Translations under genes and position numbers: made by a program | Shown here: positions 1-12,200 of the stretch, one piece after another | Layout: every line of letters starts with the position of its first letter | Numbering within the stretch: the first letter of the stretch is position 1 | From: Tubiluchus corallicola | Taxonomy: Eukaryota > Animalia > Priapulida | Direction of reading: 5' to 3' | NCBI GenBank assembly: GCA_030141605.1 | Contig: JAQGDQ010001473.1 | Coordinates: 1-39,045, forward strand | DNA length: 39,045 bases | The notes under the pieces: model-generated | Seen by the model: the letters and a program-made list of their open reading frames with translations, nothing else | Told to the model about the DNA's origin: nothing | The model's database searches: none

Positions 1-53
1 TTTTATTAGACGAATCAGTATGCCACATTTGACTGGCCTGCCCTCTGTCTGTC

Positions 54-850
54 CATACCACGGGCATAGCCAGGTTCTAAAGTTAGGGGGGAGCAGGCAC
101 ATAAAACAGGCGTGGTGACACGTACCAAGGGCATAGCCAGGTTCTAAAGTTAGGGAGAGCAAGCACATAAAAAAGGTGTGGTGACACATACCAAAGGCAT
201 AGCCTGGTTGTAAAGTTAGGGAGAGCAAGCACATAAAAAAGGCGTGGTGACACATACCAAAGGCATAGCCTGGTTGTAAAGTTAGGGGGAGCAAGCACAT
301 AAAAAATGCGTGGTGACACATACCAAGGGCATAGCCAGGTTCTAAAGTTAGGGGGAGCAAGCACATAAAAAAGGCGTGGTGACACATACCAAAGGCATAG
401 CCAGGTTGTAAAGTTAGGGGGAGCAAGCACATAAAAAACATGCAGTGACACATACCAAGGGCATAGCCAGGTTCTAAAGTTAGGGAGAGCAAGCACATAA
501 AACAGGCATGGTGACACATACCAAAGGCATAGCCAGGTTGTAAAGTTAGGGAGAACAAGCACATAAAACAGGCATGGTGACACATAACAAAGGCATAGCC
601 AGGTTGTAAAGTTAGGAAGAGCAAGCACATAAAACAGGCATGGTGACACATACCAAAGGCATAGCCAGGTTGTAAAGTTAGGGGGAGCAAGCACATAAAA
701 CAGGCATGGTGACACATACCACGGGCATAGCCAGGTTGTAAAGTTAGGGAGAGCAAGCACATAAAACAGGCATGGTGACACATACCAAAGGCAGAGCCAG
801 GTTCTAAAGTTAGGGAGAGCAAGCACATAAAAAACATGCAGTGGCACATA
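54..850. repeat. Tandem array, 66-bp unit, ~12 copies
   Basis: Unit ...cataccaaaggcatagccaggttgtaaagttagggagagcaagcacataaaa... ; 22-aa periodicity in ORF 83..847. Confidence 0.95.
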
Positions 851-1483
851 GCAAACAATTTTTAACTAATTGATTATACATTTTAATTTTGTGTATAAAA
901 TCAAAAGACGAAAAATACAGTTTTACAGGAAGTACGTAAATAAAGCAAATGACTACAGAAAATTCTCCAAAGCCATGCAATTAAAAAAATAAGATTCCAC
1001 TTTTATCGAACAAGTGAACTAAAGAGTTAAAAATTGTTGAAAAGGCGTCATCTCTTTGAAAATGAACTCGGGGGAGCAGCTGCTCCCCTTGACCCACTAT
1101 TACCTATGCCACTGGAACAATTGACCAGGTAGAGGAGCGTTGGAATATTAGAATTTATCCATGGACAACCTGGTAGTGTACAGCTAATAAGCTTAACTGA
1201 CATTTAAATTTGGAGGCCAGCAATTTATTTGACAAGCTGGACTCTCATTTTTTGTGCTAAACTGCCGCAATAGATTTTTTTCGCATTACAGTCATGGCAT
1301 TAAAATTCACTATGTACTTAACACTAGTGTAATATTATCAGAGAAAAAGATAATGAGACTATTAACCGTCTTGAACACAGAAATGTTCTAGAACAGCACA
1401 AAGGACTATGACTGAGATCAACAAGGAAAGAGTTAATTAGTTGAGGTGGTAAAGTGTAAACAATGAGATGAAACCCTCTAGCG

Positions 1484-1965
1484 CAGGGATGTGCAAATTG
1501 CGGCCCACCGAGAGAATTTGTGCGGCCCGCGAAGAGATTTGTCAACCTAATGAAAGTGCGGCCCGGGCGATTAATTGAGTGTATCCAGCTGAAGTCCGTG
1601 CCACGATCCCAAAGATAGTGCGGGTAGTTTTTTCTACTAGATCGGATGCCATTAACCCTTACAAGACGGTTGTAGCTTAATGTCACTGTACTACACAGAC
1701 TGTGTGATACACATTACTAACATGCATTGTGATGAAATTACCACTCTCTGTCCTGAAAGTAGAAATATATGGTTTGTAATATAAATTTTAATAACTTCTA
1801 AAATAGTTTCTTGAGTGTAGTAGTAATGATGTACGCAGGTCGGATGCAAAAAAATCGTTATTAGGCCTTTCTGTACTTGGCTCCTTGATCAAACTGCCTG
1901 TGGCCTGCAGGAATTGCAGGAAAGTTTAATGTGGCCCGGCTAGTCAGATAATTTGCACACCCCTG
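1484..1965 (+). mobile_element. Non-autonomous hAT-type MITE, family A copy 1
   Basis: TIR cagggatgtgcaaatt / aatttgcacacccctg; 8-bp TSD ctctagcg / ctctggcg. Confidence 0.85.
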
Positions 1966-2090
1966 CTCTGGCGGACGTAGTACAGCTTAGTCAACGTTGT
2001 GCAAAGTCTGATAATATTGTGTATGAAGCAAAAGTTTGTCATAAATGAATAAATATTATTATTTTGTTCAAAATAATGAACCCAGTAAAA

Positions 2091-2523
2091 CAGCGGTGTG
2101 CAAATTATCTGACTAGCCGGGCCACATCAAACTTTCCCGCAATTCATGCGGGCCACATGGAGTTTGGTCAAGGAGCCAAGTACAGTAGGACCCAATAACG
2201 ACTTTTTGCATCCGATTTGCGCACATCATCACTACTGCACTACTGCACTCAAGAAACTATTTTAGAAGTTATTGAAATTTATATTAAAAACCATATATTT
2301 CGTCATGTCCAACAGTGACATTAAGTGACAATGGTCTTGTAAGGGTTAATGCCATCTGATCTAGAGGGAAAAACTACCCGCACTACCTTTGCGATATTGG
2401 CGCAGACTTCAGCTGGATCGCGTGGGCCGCACTTTCATTAGGTTGACAAACCTCTTCGCGGGCCGCACAAGATCTCTTGGCTGGGCCGCAAGTGGCCCGA
2501 GAGCCGCAGTTTGCACACCCCTG
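2091..2523 (-). mobile_element. hAT-type MITE, family A copy 2 (inverted)
   Basis: Reverse-complement homologue of 1484-1965; perfect TSD cagtaaaa. Confidence 0.85.
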
Positions 2524-2704
2524 CAGTAAAAATATGGTGGATGCACGAGGTGCTGATATCTGCGACAGTGATGAACTACACTCACTCGCCCTTATGATGA
2601 CCACTTACCAATCTTGAAGTTTCCTCTTTCTCAATATTTTTTCACGTGATTTCTTTGTTTACTGCATGATTTTTGAGCAATTTATTCTATTTTTAAATTT
2701 GTCT

Positions 2705-4148
2705 GTTTTTTTCTACATTGTACCACTATATTTAAGTGCATTAATGTGTAGATAAAGTGTATATTAAGTGATTGCGGTGAGTGGCCTGTGCTGTGTGTAA
2801 TGTTTTTTCTACATTGTACCACTATATTTAAGTGCATTAATGTGCAGATAAAGCATATAGCAAGTGAATGCGGTGAGTGGCCTGTGTTGTGTGTAATGTT
2901 TTTTCTACATTGTACCACTATATTTAAATGCATTAATGTGTAGATAAAGTGTATATTAAGTGATTGCGGTGAGTGGCCTGTGCTGTGTGTAATGTTTTTT
3001 CTACATTGTACCGCTATATTTAAGTGCATTAATGTGTAGATAAAGTGTATATTAAGTGACAGCAGTGAGTGGCCTGTGCTGTGTGTAATGTTTTTTCTAC
3101 ATTGTACCACTACATTTAAGTGCATTAATGCGTAGATAAAGTGTATATCAAGTGATTGTGGTGAGTGGCCTGTGCTGTGTGTAATGTTTTTTCTACATTG
3201 TACCACTATATTTAAGTGCATTAATGCGTAGATAAAGTGTATATCAAGTGATTGCGGTGAGTGGCCTGTGCTGTGTGTAATGTTTTTTCTACATTGTACC
3301 ACTATATTTAAATGCATTAATGTGTAGATAAAGTGTATATCAAGTGATTGCGGTGAGCGGCCTGTGCTGTGTGTAATGTTTTTTCTACATTGCACCACTA
3401 TATTTAAGTGCATTAATGTGCAGATAAAGCATATAGCAAGTGATTGCGGTGAGCGGCCTGTGCTGTGTGTAATGTTTTTTCTACATTGTACCACTATATT
3501 TAAGTGCATTAATGTGTAGATAAAGTGTATATTAAGTGACTGCGGTGAGTGGCCTGTGCTGTGTGTAATGTTTTTTCTACACTGTACCACTATATTTAAG
3601 TGCATTAATGTGTAGATAAAGTGTATATTAAGTAACAGCTGTGAGTGGCCTGTGCTGTGTGTAATGTTTTTTCTACATTGTACCACTATATTTAAGTGCA
3701 TTAATGTGTAGATAAAGTGTATATCAAGTGATTGCGGTGAGTGGCCTGTGCTGTGTGTAATGTTTTTTTCTACATTGTACCACTATATTTAAGTGCATTA
3801 ATGTGTAGATAAAGTGTATATTAAGTAACAGCTGTGAGTGGCCTGTGCTGTGTGTAATGTTTTTTCTACATTGTACCACTATATTTAAGTGCATTAATGT
3901 GTAGATAAAGTGTATATTAAGTAACAGCTGTGAGTGGCCTGTGCTGTGTGTAATGTTTTTTCTACATTGTACCACTATATTTAAGTGCATTAATGTGTAG
4001 ATAAAGTGTATATTAAGTGACAGCGGTGAGTGGCCTGTGCTGCGCGTAATGTTTTTTCTACATTGTACCACTATATTTAAGTGCATTAATGCGTAGATAA
4101 AGTGTATATTAAGCGATTGCGGTGAGTGGCCTGTGCTGTGTGTAATGT
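2705..4148. repeat. Tandem array, 96-bp unit, ~15 copies
   Basis: Direct inspection; 32-aa periodicity in ORFs 2682..3701 and 3724..4086. Confidence 0.95.
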
Positions 4149-4729
4149 CCTGTCAAAATGTCAAAGAAACCTTTTGAGAGATGTAGTAAGCTCCCAACGT
4201 ACAAAGTGTTTTCAATGGGTTTACCATAAACCTATATGAATGTTGTTAACTTTGTTAATGGCGAAGAAAAATGATCAAGGAAAATGAGAAAATAACTCCA
4301 ATATTTACATAAAAAAAAACTACAGGTAGAAATCTAAAAAAGCAACAGCAGTGGAGTTATTAGTACAACCACATCTCTGAATTAAAAAGAAATCAGTCAA
4401 ACAGAGACGTAAAGTGTCAGGAAACGTAGGTGAAATCACTCCAAAAAGCAAACTGGATAAGAAATCACTACAATATAAGAAGTTGCTTGCACCTGTGTCG
4501 TAAGAAAAATAACTGTCACATGACTGTCACATCAGTGAACTACTTGTGTAAGGTACTAAGGTACAAAGCACAAGGTGTACTTAGTTACAGTGTACTACCA
4601 ATGAGCAACAGTAGCATAGGGTATCATAGCAACTGGTATTCTTCAAATACAAAAGCAGGGGCAGGAAACAAAGTAAAGACACAGTAAGCGGGCAAAATGC
4701 ATATTAATTGTTAAAATAATGAAATAGAA

Positions 4730-7112
4730 CTCTCGGGACAAATTTCACTAAATGCAGGTCAGTAAAGTTCGAATTCCTTGGATGAGGAATAACTTGGACA
4801 TGCGGGTTGACTCTCGGGACGCAGACCAGTGAAGCTCGGATTCCTTGGATGAGGAATAACTTGGACATGCGGGTTGACTCTCGGGACGCAGACCAGTGAA
4901 GCTCGGATTCCTTGGCTGAGGAATAACTTGGACATGCGGGTTGACTCTCGGGACGCAGACCAGTGAAGCTGGAATTCCTTGGATGAGGAATAACTTGGAC
5001 ATGCGGGTTGACTCTCGGGACACAGACCAGTGAAGCTCAAATTCCTTGGCTGAGGAATAACTTGGACATGCGGGTTGACTCTCGGGACGCAGACCAGTGA
5101 AGCTCGGATTCCTTGGATGAGGAATAACTTGGACATGCGGGTTGACTCTCGGGACGCAGGTCAGTGAACCTCAAATTCCTTGGCTGAGGAATAACTTGGA
5201 CATGCGGGTTGACTCTCGGGACGCAGACCAGTGAAGCTCGGATTCCTTGGATGAGGAATAACTTGGACATGCGGGTTGACTCTCGGGACGCAGACCAGTG
5301 AAGCTCGGATTCCTTGGCTGAGGAATAACTTGGACATGCGGGTTGACTCTCGGGACGCAGACCAGTGAAGCTCGAATTCCTTGGATGAGGAATAACTTGG
5401 ACATGCGGGTTGACCCTCGGGACACAGACCAGTGAAGCTCGGATTCCTTGGCTGAGGAATAACTTGGACATGCGGGTTGACTCTTGGTACACAGGTCAGT
5501 GAAGCTCGAATTCCTTGGATGAGGAATAACTTGGACATGCGGGTTGACTCTCGGGACGCAGACCAGTGAAGCTCGAATTCCTTGGATGAGGAATAATTTG
5601 GACATGCGGGTTGACCCTCGGGACACAGACCAGTGAAGCTCGGATTCCTTGGATGAGGAATAACTTGGACATGCGGGTTGACTCTCGGGACACAGACCAG
5701 TGAAGCTCGAATTCCTTGGATGAGGAATAACTTGGACATGCGGGTTGACTCTCGGGACGCAGACCAGTGAAGCTCGGATTCCTTGGATGAGGAATAACTT
5801 GGACATGCGGGTTGACTCTCGGGACACAGACCAGTGAAGCTCGAATTCCTTGGATGAGGAATAACTTGGACATGCGGGTTGACTCTCGGGATGCAGACCA
5901 GTGAAGCTCGAATTCCTTGGATGAGGAATAACTTGGACATGCGGGTTGACTCTCGGGACGCAGACCAGTGAAGCTCGGATTCCTTGGCTGAGGAATAACT
6001 TGGACATGCGGGTTGACTCTCGGGACGCAGACCAGTGAAGCTCGAATTCCTTGGATGAGGAATAACTTGGACATGCGGGTTGACTCTCGGGACGCAGACC
6101 AGTGAAGCTCGGATTCCTTGGCTGAGGAATAACTTGGACATGCGGGTTGACTCTCGGGACGCAGACCAGTGAAGCTCGAATTCCTTGGATGAGGAATAAC
6201 TTGGACATGCGGGTTGACTCTCGGGATGCAGACCAGTGAAGCTCGAATTCCTTGGATGAGGAATAACTTGGACATGCGGGTTGACTCTCGGGACACAGAC
6301 CAGTGAAGCTCGAATTCCTTGGATGAGGAAAAACTTGGACATGCGGGTTGACTCTCGGGACACAGACCAGTGAAGCTCGAATTCCTTGGATGAGGAATAA
6401 CTTGGACATGCGGGTTGACTCTCGGGACACAGACCAGTGAAGCTCGAATTCCTTGGATGAGGAATAATTTGGACATGCGGGTTGACCCTCGGGACACAGA
6501 CCAGTGAAGCTCGAATTCCTTGGATGAGGAATAACTTGGACATGCGGGTTGACTCTCGGGATGCAGACCAGTGAAGCTCGAATTCCTTGGATGAGGAATA
6601 ACTTGGACATGCGGGTTGACTCTCGGGACAAATTTCACTAAATGCAGACCAGTAAAGCTCGGATTCCTTGGCTGAGGAATAACTTGGACATGCGGGTTGA
6701 CTCTCGGGACGCAGACCAGTGAAGCTCGGATTCCTTGGCTGAGGAATAACTTGGACATGCGGGTTGACTCTCGGGACGCAGACCAGTGAAGCTCGAATTC
6801 CTTGGATGAGGAATAACTTGGACATGCGGGTTGACTCTCGGGACACAGACCAGTGAAGCTCGGATTCCTTGGCTGAGGAATAACTTGGACATGCGGGTTG
6901 ACTCTCGGGACGCAGACCAGTGAAGCTCGGATTCCTTGGCTGAGGAATAACTTGGACATGCGGGTTGACTCTCGGGACGCAGACCAGTGAAGCTCGGATT
7001 CCTTGGCTGAGGAATAACTTGGACACGCGGGTTGACTCTCGGGATGCAGACCAGTGAAGCTCGAATTCCTTGGATGAGGAATAACTTGGACATGCGGGTT
7101 GACTCTTGGGAT
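4730..7112. repeat. Tandem array, 67-bp unit, ~35 copies
   Basis: Unit gactctcgggacgcagaccagtgaagctcggattccttggatgaggaataacttggacatgcgggtt. Confidence 0.97.
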
Positions 7113-7317
7113 CGATGCACTGAATCTCAAACTAAAAACTCAACAACTCAACACTTAATGATACAATCAATGTGTAGTTCAAGTAAAAGACAAGTACGAC
7201 AACCTACAAGGAAGCAGCGACGTCACAAGTAATGTTGCTCGTCTCGTCAGTCGGCGTGTGAATGCAAGCGAAAACAAAGGTACAAGTGGAAAATATTCAG
7301 GAAAAATCCAGACTTAC

Positions 7318-7478
7318 GATCCCATTTTGTAATCTCCGGTACCGCCCGGCCAGGCTCGGACAAAGCTAGGATCGGCAAGGAGAGCTACAGGTTTATATCC
7401 GGTGGGATAATACGGACCAACAGGACCAATGAGGACATATAATAAGGAAGAAGAGCTGGATGCAACACCTAATGATGC
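7318..7478 (-). CDS. BCAT: BCAT exon 6B ([54 protein letters not shown]), alternative copy containing catalytic Lys
   Basis: 161 nt, atttcag acceptor, TC|GTAAGT donor, phase 0 to 2, no stops. 40/53 residues identical to exon 6A. Confidence 0.93.
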
Positions 7479-9222
7479 CTGAAATTAAAATTGTTAGACA
7501 TTTATTAACCCACACATAAATTAAGATACAAACATTAGACAAAAATGTATGCACAGTTCATATATATGCACAGAAGTCTAAACAAAGCTAAGTCACATGC
7601 GCACATACATCCAAAATAAGCGAAGAAGTTTGCGAGTCATGACAATAACGCAACATTTTCGTGATTCTGCCACTGAAATGCACTGTCATTGGTGTCACTG
7701 TCGTTGGTGTCACTGTCATTGGTGTCACTGTCGTTGGTGTCACTGTCGTTGGTGTCACTGTCATTGGTGTCACTGTCATTGGTGTCACTGTCATTGGTGT
7801 CACTGTCGTTGGTGTCACTGTCATTGTTGTCACTGTCATTGGTGTCACTGTCATTGGTGTCACTGTCATTGGTGTCACTGTCGTTGGTGTCACTGTCATT
7901 GGTGTCACTGTCATTGTTGTCACTGTCATTGTTGTCACTGTCATTGGTGTCACTGTCATTGGTGTCACTGTCGTTGGTGTCACTGTCATTGGTGTCACTG
8001 TCATTGTTGTCACTGTCATTGGTGTCACTGTCATTGGTGTCACTGTCATTGGTGTCACTGTCGTTGGTGTCACTGTCATTGGTGTCACTGTCATTGTTGT
8101 CACTGTCATTGGTGTCACTGTCATTGGTGTCACTGTCGTTGGTGTCACTGTCATTGGTGTCACTGTCATTGGTGTCACTGTCGTTGGTGTCACTGTCATT
8201 GGTGTCACTGTCATTGGTGTCACTGTCATTGGTGTCACTGTCATTGGTGTCACTGTCGTTGGTGTCACTGTCATTGGTGTCACTGTCATTGGTGTCACTG
8301 TCGTTGGTGTCACTGTCGTTGGTGTCACTGTCGTTGGTGTCACTGTCATTGGTGTCACTGTCATTGTTGTCACTGTCATTGGTGTCACTGTCGTTGGTGT
8401 CACTGTCGTTGGTGTCACTGTCATTGGTGTCACTGTCATTGGTGTCACTGTCATTGGTGTCACTGTTATTGGTGTCACTGTCGTTGGTGTCACTGTCATT
8501 GGTGTCACTGTCATTGGTGTCACTGTTATTGGTGTCACTGTCGTTGGTGTCACTGTCATTGGTGTCACTGTCATTGTTGTCACTGTCATTTCAGTCATAT
8601 AGAAAGCAATATCTTAGTCGATGCTATAATTTACACTACAAAGCTCAAGCAATTGTTAATTTGCTAGTAAAAGACCACGAATCGTAGTAAGGATATAAAA
8701 GTCTGTACAGTGCGCAGGTACTTAACTTTGCCTAGCATTAACGAACATCACGTATGTATATATACATCCCAAACCGCCACCGCACTTACGATCCCATTTT
8801 AGAATCTCCTGTTCCGCCCGGCCACGCCCGCACAAAATCTGGATCGGCTAGTAGTGCAATAGGTTTAAAACCGGTTGGAAAGTACGGGCCAACGGGACCT
8901 ATTAGCACAAATAACAGGCACTCAGTGGCCGACGCAATACCCAGAGCTGGCTGAAATTCAAAACGTGTTCAAATGTCATCATTAGTAAACATACAAATAG
9001 TGTTTACACATACAGTTCCTTGTATATTTACAGTTTAGATCAGTGGTTCCTAACCTTTTACTAGGAAACTACCATTTTGAAACTCAGTGATCTGCTGTGT
9101 ACCCTTTAACGTCTTACAGCAACAAGAGTTTGAAATTTTGAACAGTGTTGTTATTTTAACATTACGCTGAGGCTTACTCAATTTTATTATAATGAGTGAA
9201 CCATTTTAATGACAAATAAAGA

Positions 9223-9263
<41 letters not shown>

Positions 9264-12200
9264 TATATTATATATATATATTATATTGTATATACAATAT
9301 ACATATAAATTAGCAAATTGAAGCAGAACTGTGAAGAAATGTGATTTAATTTATACAAGCAAAATTGATAAACAAAACACCAAATTTAAGAACAAAATGC
9401 AAGAAACAAGATGATCGGATGTCAAATCAGAAGACAAACTTGCAGTCGAACTTAGAAGTCGCCTCAATGGCCACCTCATTGACGCGGGCTTTTCCCAAAA
9501 ACTGCCAACCTCGCCTGCTGCCATCTGCCAACGCATTTGTCAAACATCTATTTTACATAATAAATCAACCCCGCTATAATGTCAGTGAGTTACCTGAAAA
9601 ATGCTATTGTGCTGCAAAAATCAATGACCTTTTAAAATATAAACGACGATGCAGCACATTCTCCTCGCATCACAAGGCCATTACTCCGGTAAAATGTCGT
9701 GCGCTGTACAGCAAATAAGAACATTCTGACGTCACAGTGATGTGTTACACAACATAACTTTCGCGTACCCCTGGCTTAGCTGTTTCCTACCCCCAAGAGG
9801 CACTCGTACCCCAGGTTAGGAACCACTGGTCTAGACAGTAGGTCTACTTATCTGGTGCGTAGAAAGACGGGTCAAGAAATGTTAATTAGTAAGTCTTATC
9901 ATTTATAATCATTAACCATCCTAGCACAATGTGTTTAACCATGTTAATAGTAAATTGCAATTATTATTACGCTCACTACAGACACTTACTAGAATTTCAT
10001 TTAAAAGGGAAGAAAGGGAAAATTTAAAGTACATCCCAAGGAACTTTCCATACAAGATTATATTACTTAGCATTACTCTTATCTGTTAGAAACACTTACG
10101 TAACTGGGAAAGAAAATTCTATGTAATTTAAAATGTTCACACCACATGGTAAAACAATACTACATTGCCATCCCAGTGTGCACCACTGATTCACAAAAAA
10201 TGCATTACTGATCTTATTAACAAACATTTAAACCAGGGGTGTGCAAATTGCGGCCCGTCGAGAGAATTTGTGCGGCCCGCGAAGAGATTTGTCAACCTAA
10301 TGAAAATGCAGCCCGGGCGATTAATTGAGTATATCCAGCTGAAGTCCGTGCCACGATCCCAAAGATAGTGCGGGTAGTTTTTTCTACTAGATCGGATGCC
10401 ATTAACCCTTACAAGACGGTAGTAGTTTAATAACACTGTACTACACAGACTGTGTCATACACATTACTAATATGCAAAAAAATCGTTATTAGACCTTTCT
10501 GTACTTGGCTCGTTAATCAAACCGCCTGTGGCCCGCAGGAATTGCGGGAAAGTTTAATGTGGCCCGGCTAGTCAGATAATTTGCACACCCCCGATTTAAA
10601 CCTTTCCTTGGTTAGCAGACAATGTGCTACAAATGCTCTGATTATTTCTTCAAATCTTAAGCAATATTATCTAAAGTTATTTCAAATGACTTACAAGTTT
10701 AAATTTACAAGTTTTATACAGCGTTGCTGCTAATATAAGTTAAGCGCAATAAGACAGCATGTCGGTGACATAAACTTTCAAGACGAATTCTTTAAATTTT
10801 GTTTACGAAGGGTGTTTTCTTGCGCATTAACTGGAATGAGAGGAAGTGATAGACGAAACTTTCTAATTACATGTGTGGAAGTTGAAATTGTAACATTTTT
10901 AGGTGCTGCCATCTATGAACTAATCCTTTTACATTTTACTAGCTAAACTCACCCCCAAGTATAATTGTACGGTCCAGTGAATGCATATTCACTGGATCTC
11001 TCCCTATTTTACAGTAATGGTTTTTGTGAAACCAAGTCTGCATAGCCACCTATACCTATATATACTGACTGGATTTACTTTCTAGTCACTGTCTAACTCT
11101 CAGTGTTCAGTGCAGGACACTCTTGTTCTCAGTGTTCAGTGCAGGACACTCTCGTTCTCAGTGATCAGTGCAGGACACTCTTGTTCTCACTGTGCAGTGT
11201 AGCAGTCATTCTACATATGTGTATGTAGTCTAATAAACACTTTTCAGTTTTGTGCAAATATGTAGTATAGTTGTTTATTCTTGTTCTACAAAGTGAGTTA
11301 TCTACAACCTCAAACATGACTTTCACAACATGTAATGTTGTTTTTCTAATTCTGCAAGAATTCAAACCTTTCCTCACGCGAACACATTTCGTGTACTCTT
11401 CTGTTTGCACAGCACTCAAATACGCTTGTATCATAAATCGGCTAATATTTTCCTAACAGTAAGTACAATCGTGCCCAAGTGTTTGCTTACAATATCTCTT
11501 TGTTTACAATTACCTACTAAATCAAACTACAGCGTGCGCAGAGATGTACCGACTGATAAACATACCAACCTAGCCGAGCCAGACATTTCCAGACAGTGCT
11601 GAGTAGGCTAAAATACTTTGGAATGAATGCACTGGCTGATAAAGATACTGGTGCATTTTTTAAGGACCTGTAAACTGAATTTTGCCGAAAGTAAGGACGT
11701 TCACAGCAGGAGAAACGTTTTGCAAAGCACACGGAGTGCTCACACGTATTTCAGATGAGAAAATCTTTACAATAGCATAAGGTAAATAGGCATAAATAGC
11801 ACATCTACACTCCACCATTACTTCATTCCTTTACGACATGAACTTCTGCTTTTGCAAAATGACAGTAACAATAAAGATTCGTGAAGTGGAAAAAACTACG
11901 TTTATCATTGCTGTTAAATAACAGAAAAATCAAGTAGTTTTACCAAAAAATTTACCAAAAATACGTTTGGATGGGCTACGAATCAGGAAGTGGAAAAAAA
12001 ACGGGAGCACGTAATAGATAATATTGCGAGTTAATTTTTAAGATTTGTTTTACATCGTAACTTAGCTGCTGGTCGTCAGGAAAGCTAGGAAAGTCATCTA
12101 GCCGCATAATTAAAGAAAATACATTGAGAATATGATCTGTCTAGGAAAACAAAATGCTTTTTATGGAACAGATATTTGAATGTAGTAATCAATCACATTT

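Noticed and set aside
54-850. TTAGGG in each 66-bp unit as telomeric sequence
   Set aside because: Only one hexamer per unit, not a tandem telomeric tract.
2604-2690. Strong minus-strand donor (TTG|GTAAGT near 2608) as a candidate BCAT exon 7
   Set aside because: Upstream frames contain stops and no NYG/QQVLWL similarity; the next exon is probably outside the window.
4748-7130. Long minus-strand ORFs (up to 621 aa)
   Set aside because: Translations of the 67-bp array in all frames; no domain content or splice context.
7318-7478. Exon 6B as a pseudo-exon or haplotype-collapse artefact
   Set aside because: Frame, length, splice sites and catalytic residues are intact despite heavy synonymous divergence and unalignable flanks. 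It is too diverged for an allele and too clean for a decayed copy.
7588-8687. Mucin-like (TVTPM)n, Cys/His-rich and other ORFs
   Set aside because: A 15-bp repeat open in several frames on both strands, lying inside a BCAT intron.
8754-8954. Plus-strand ORF 8754..8954
   Set aside because: Antisense shadow of BCAT exon 6A.
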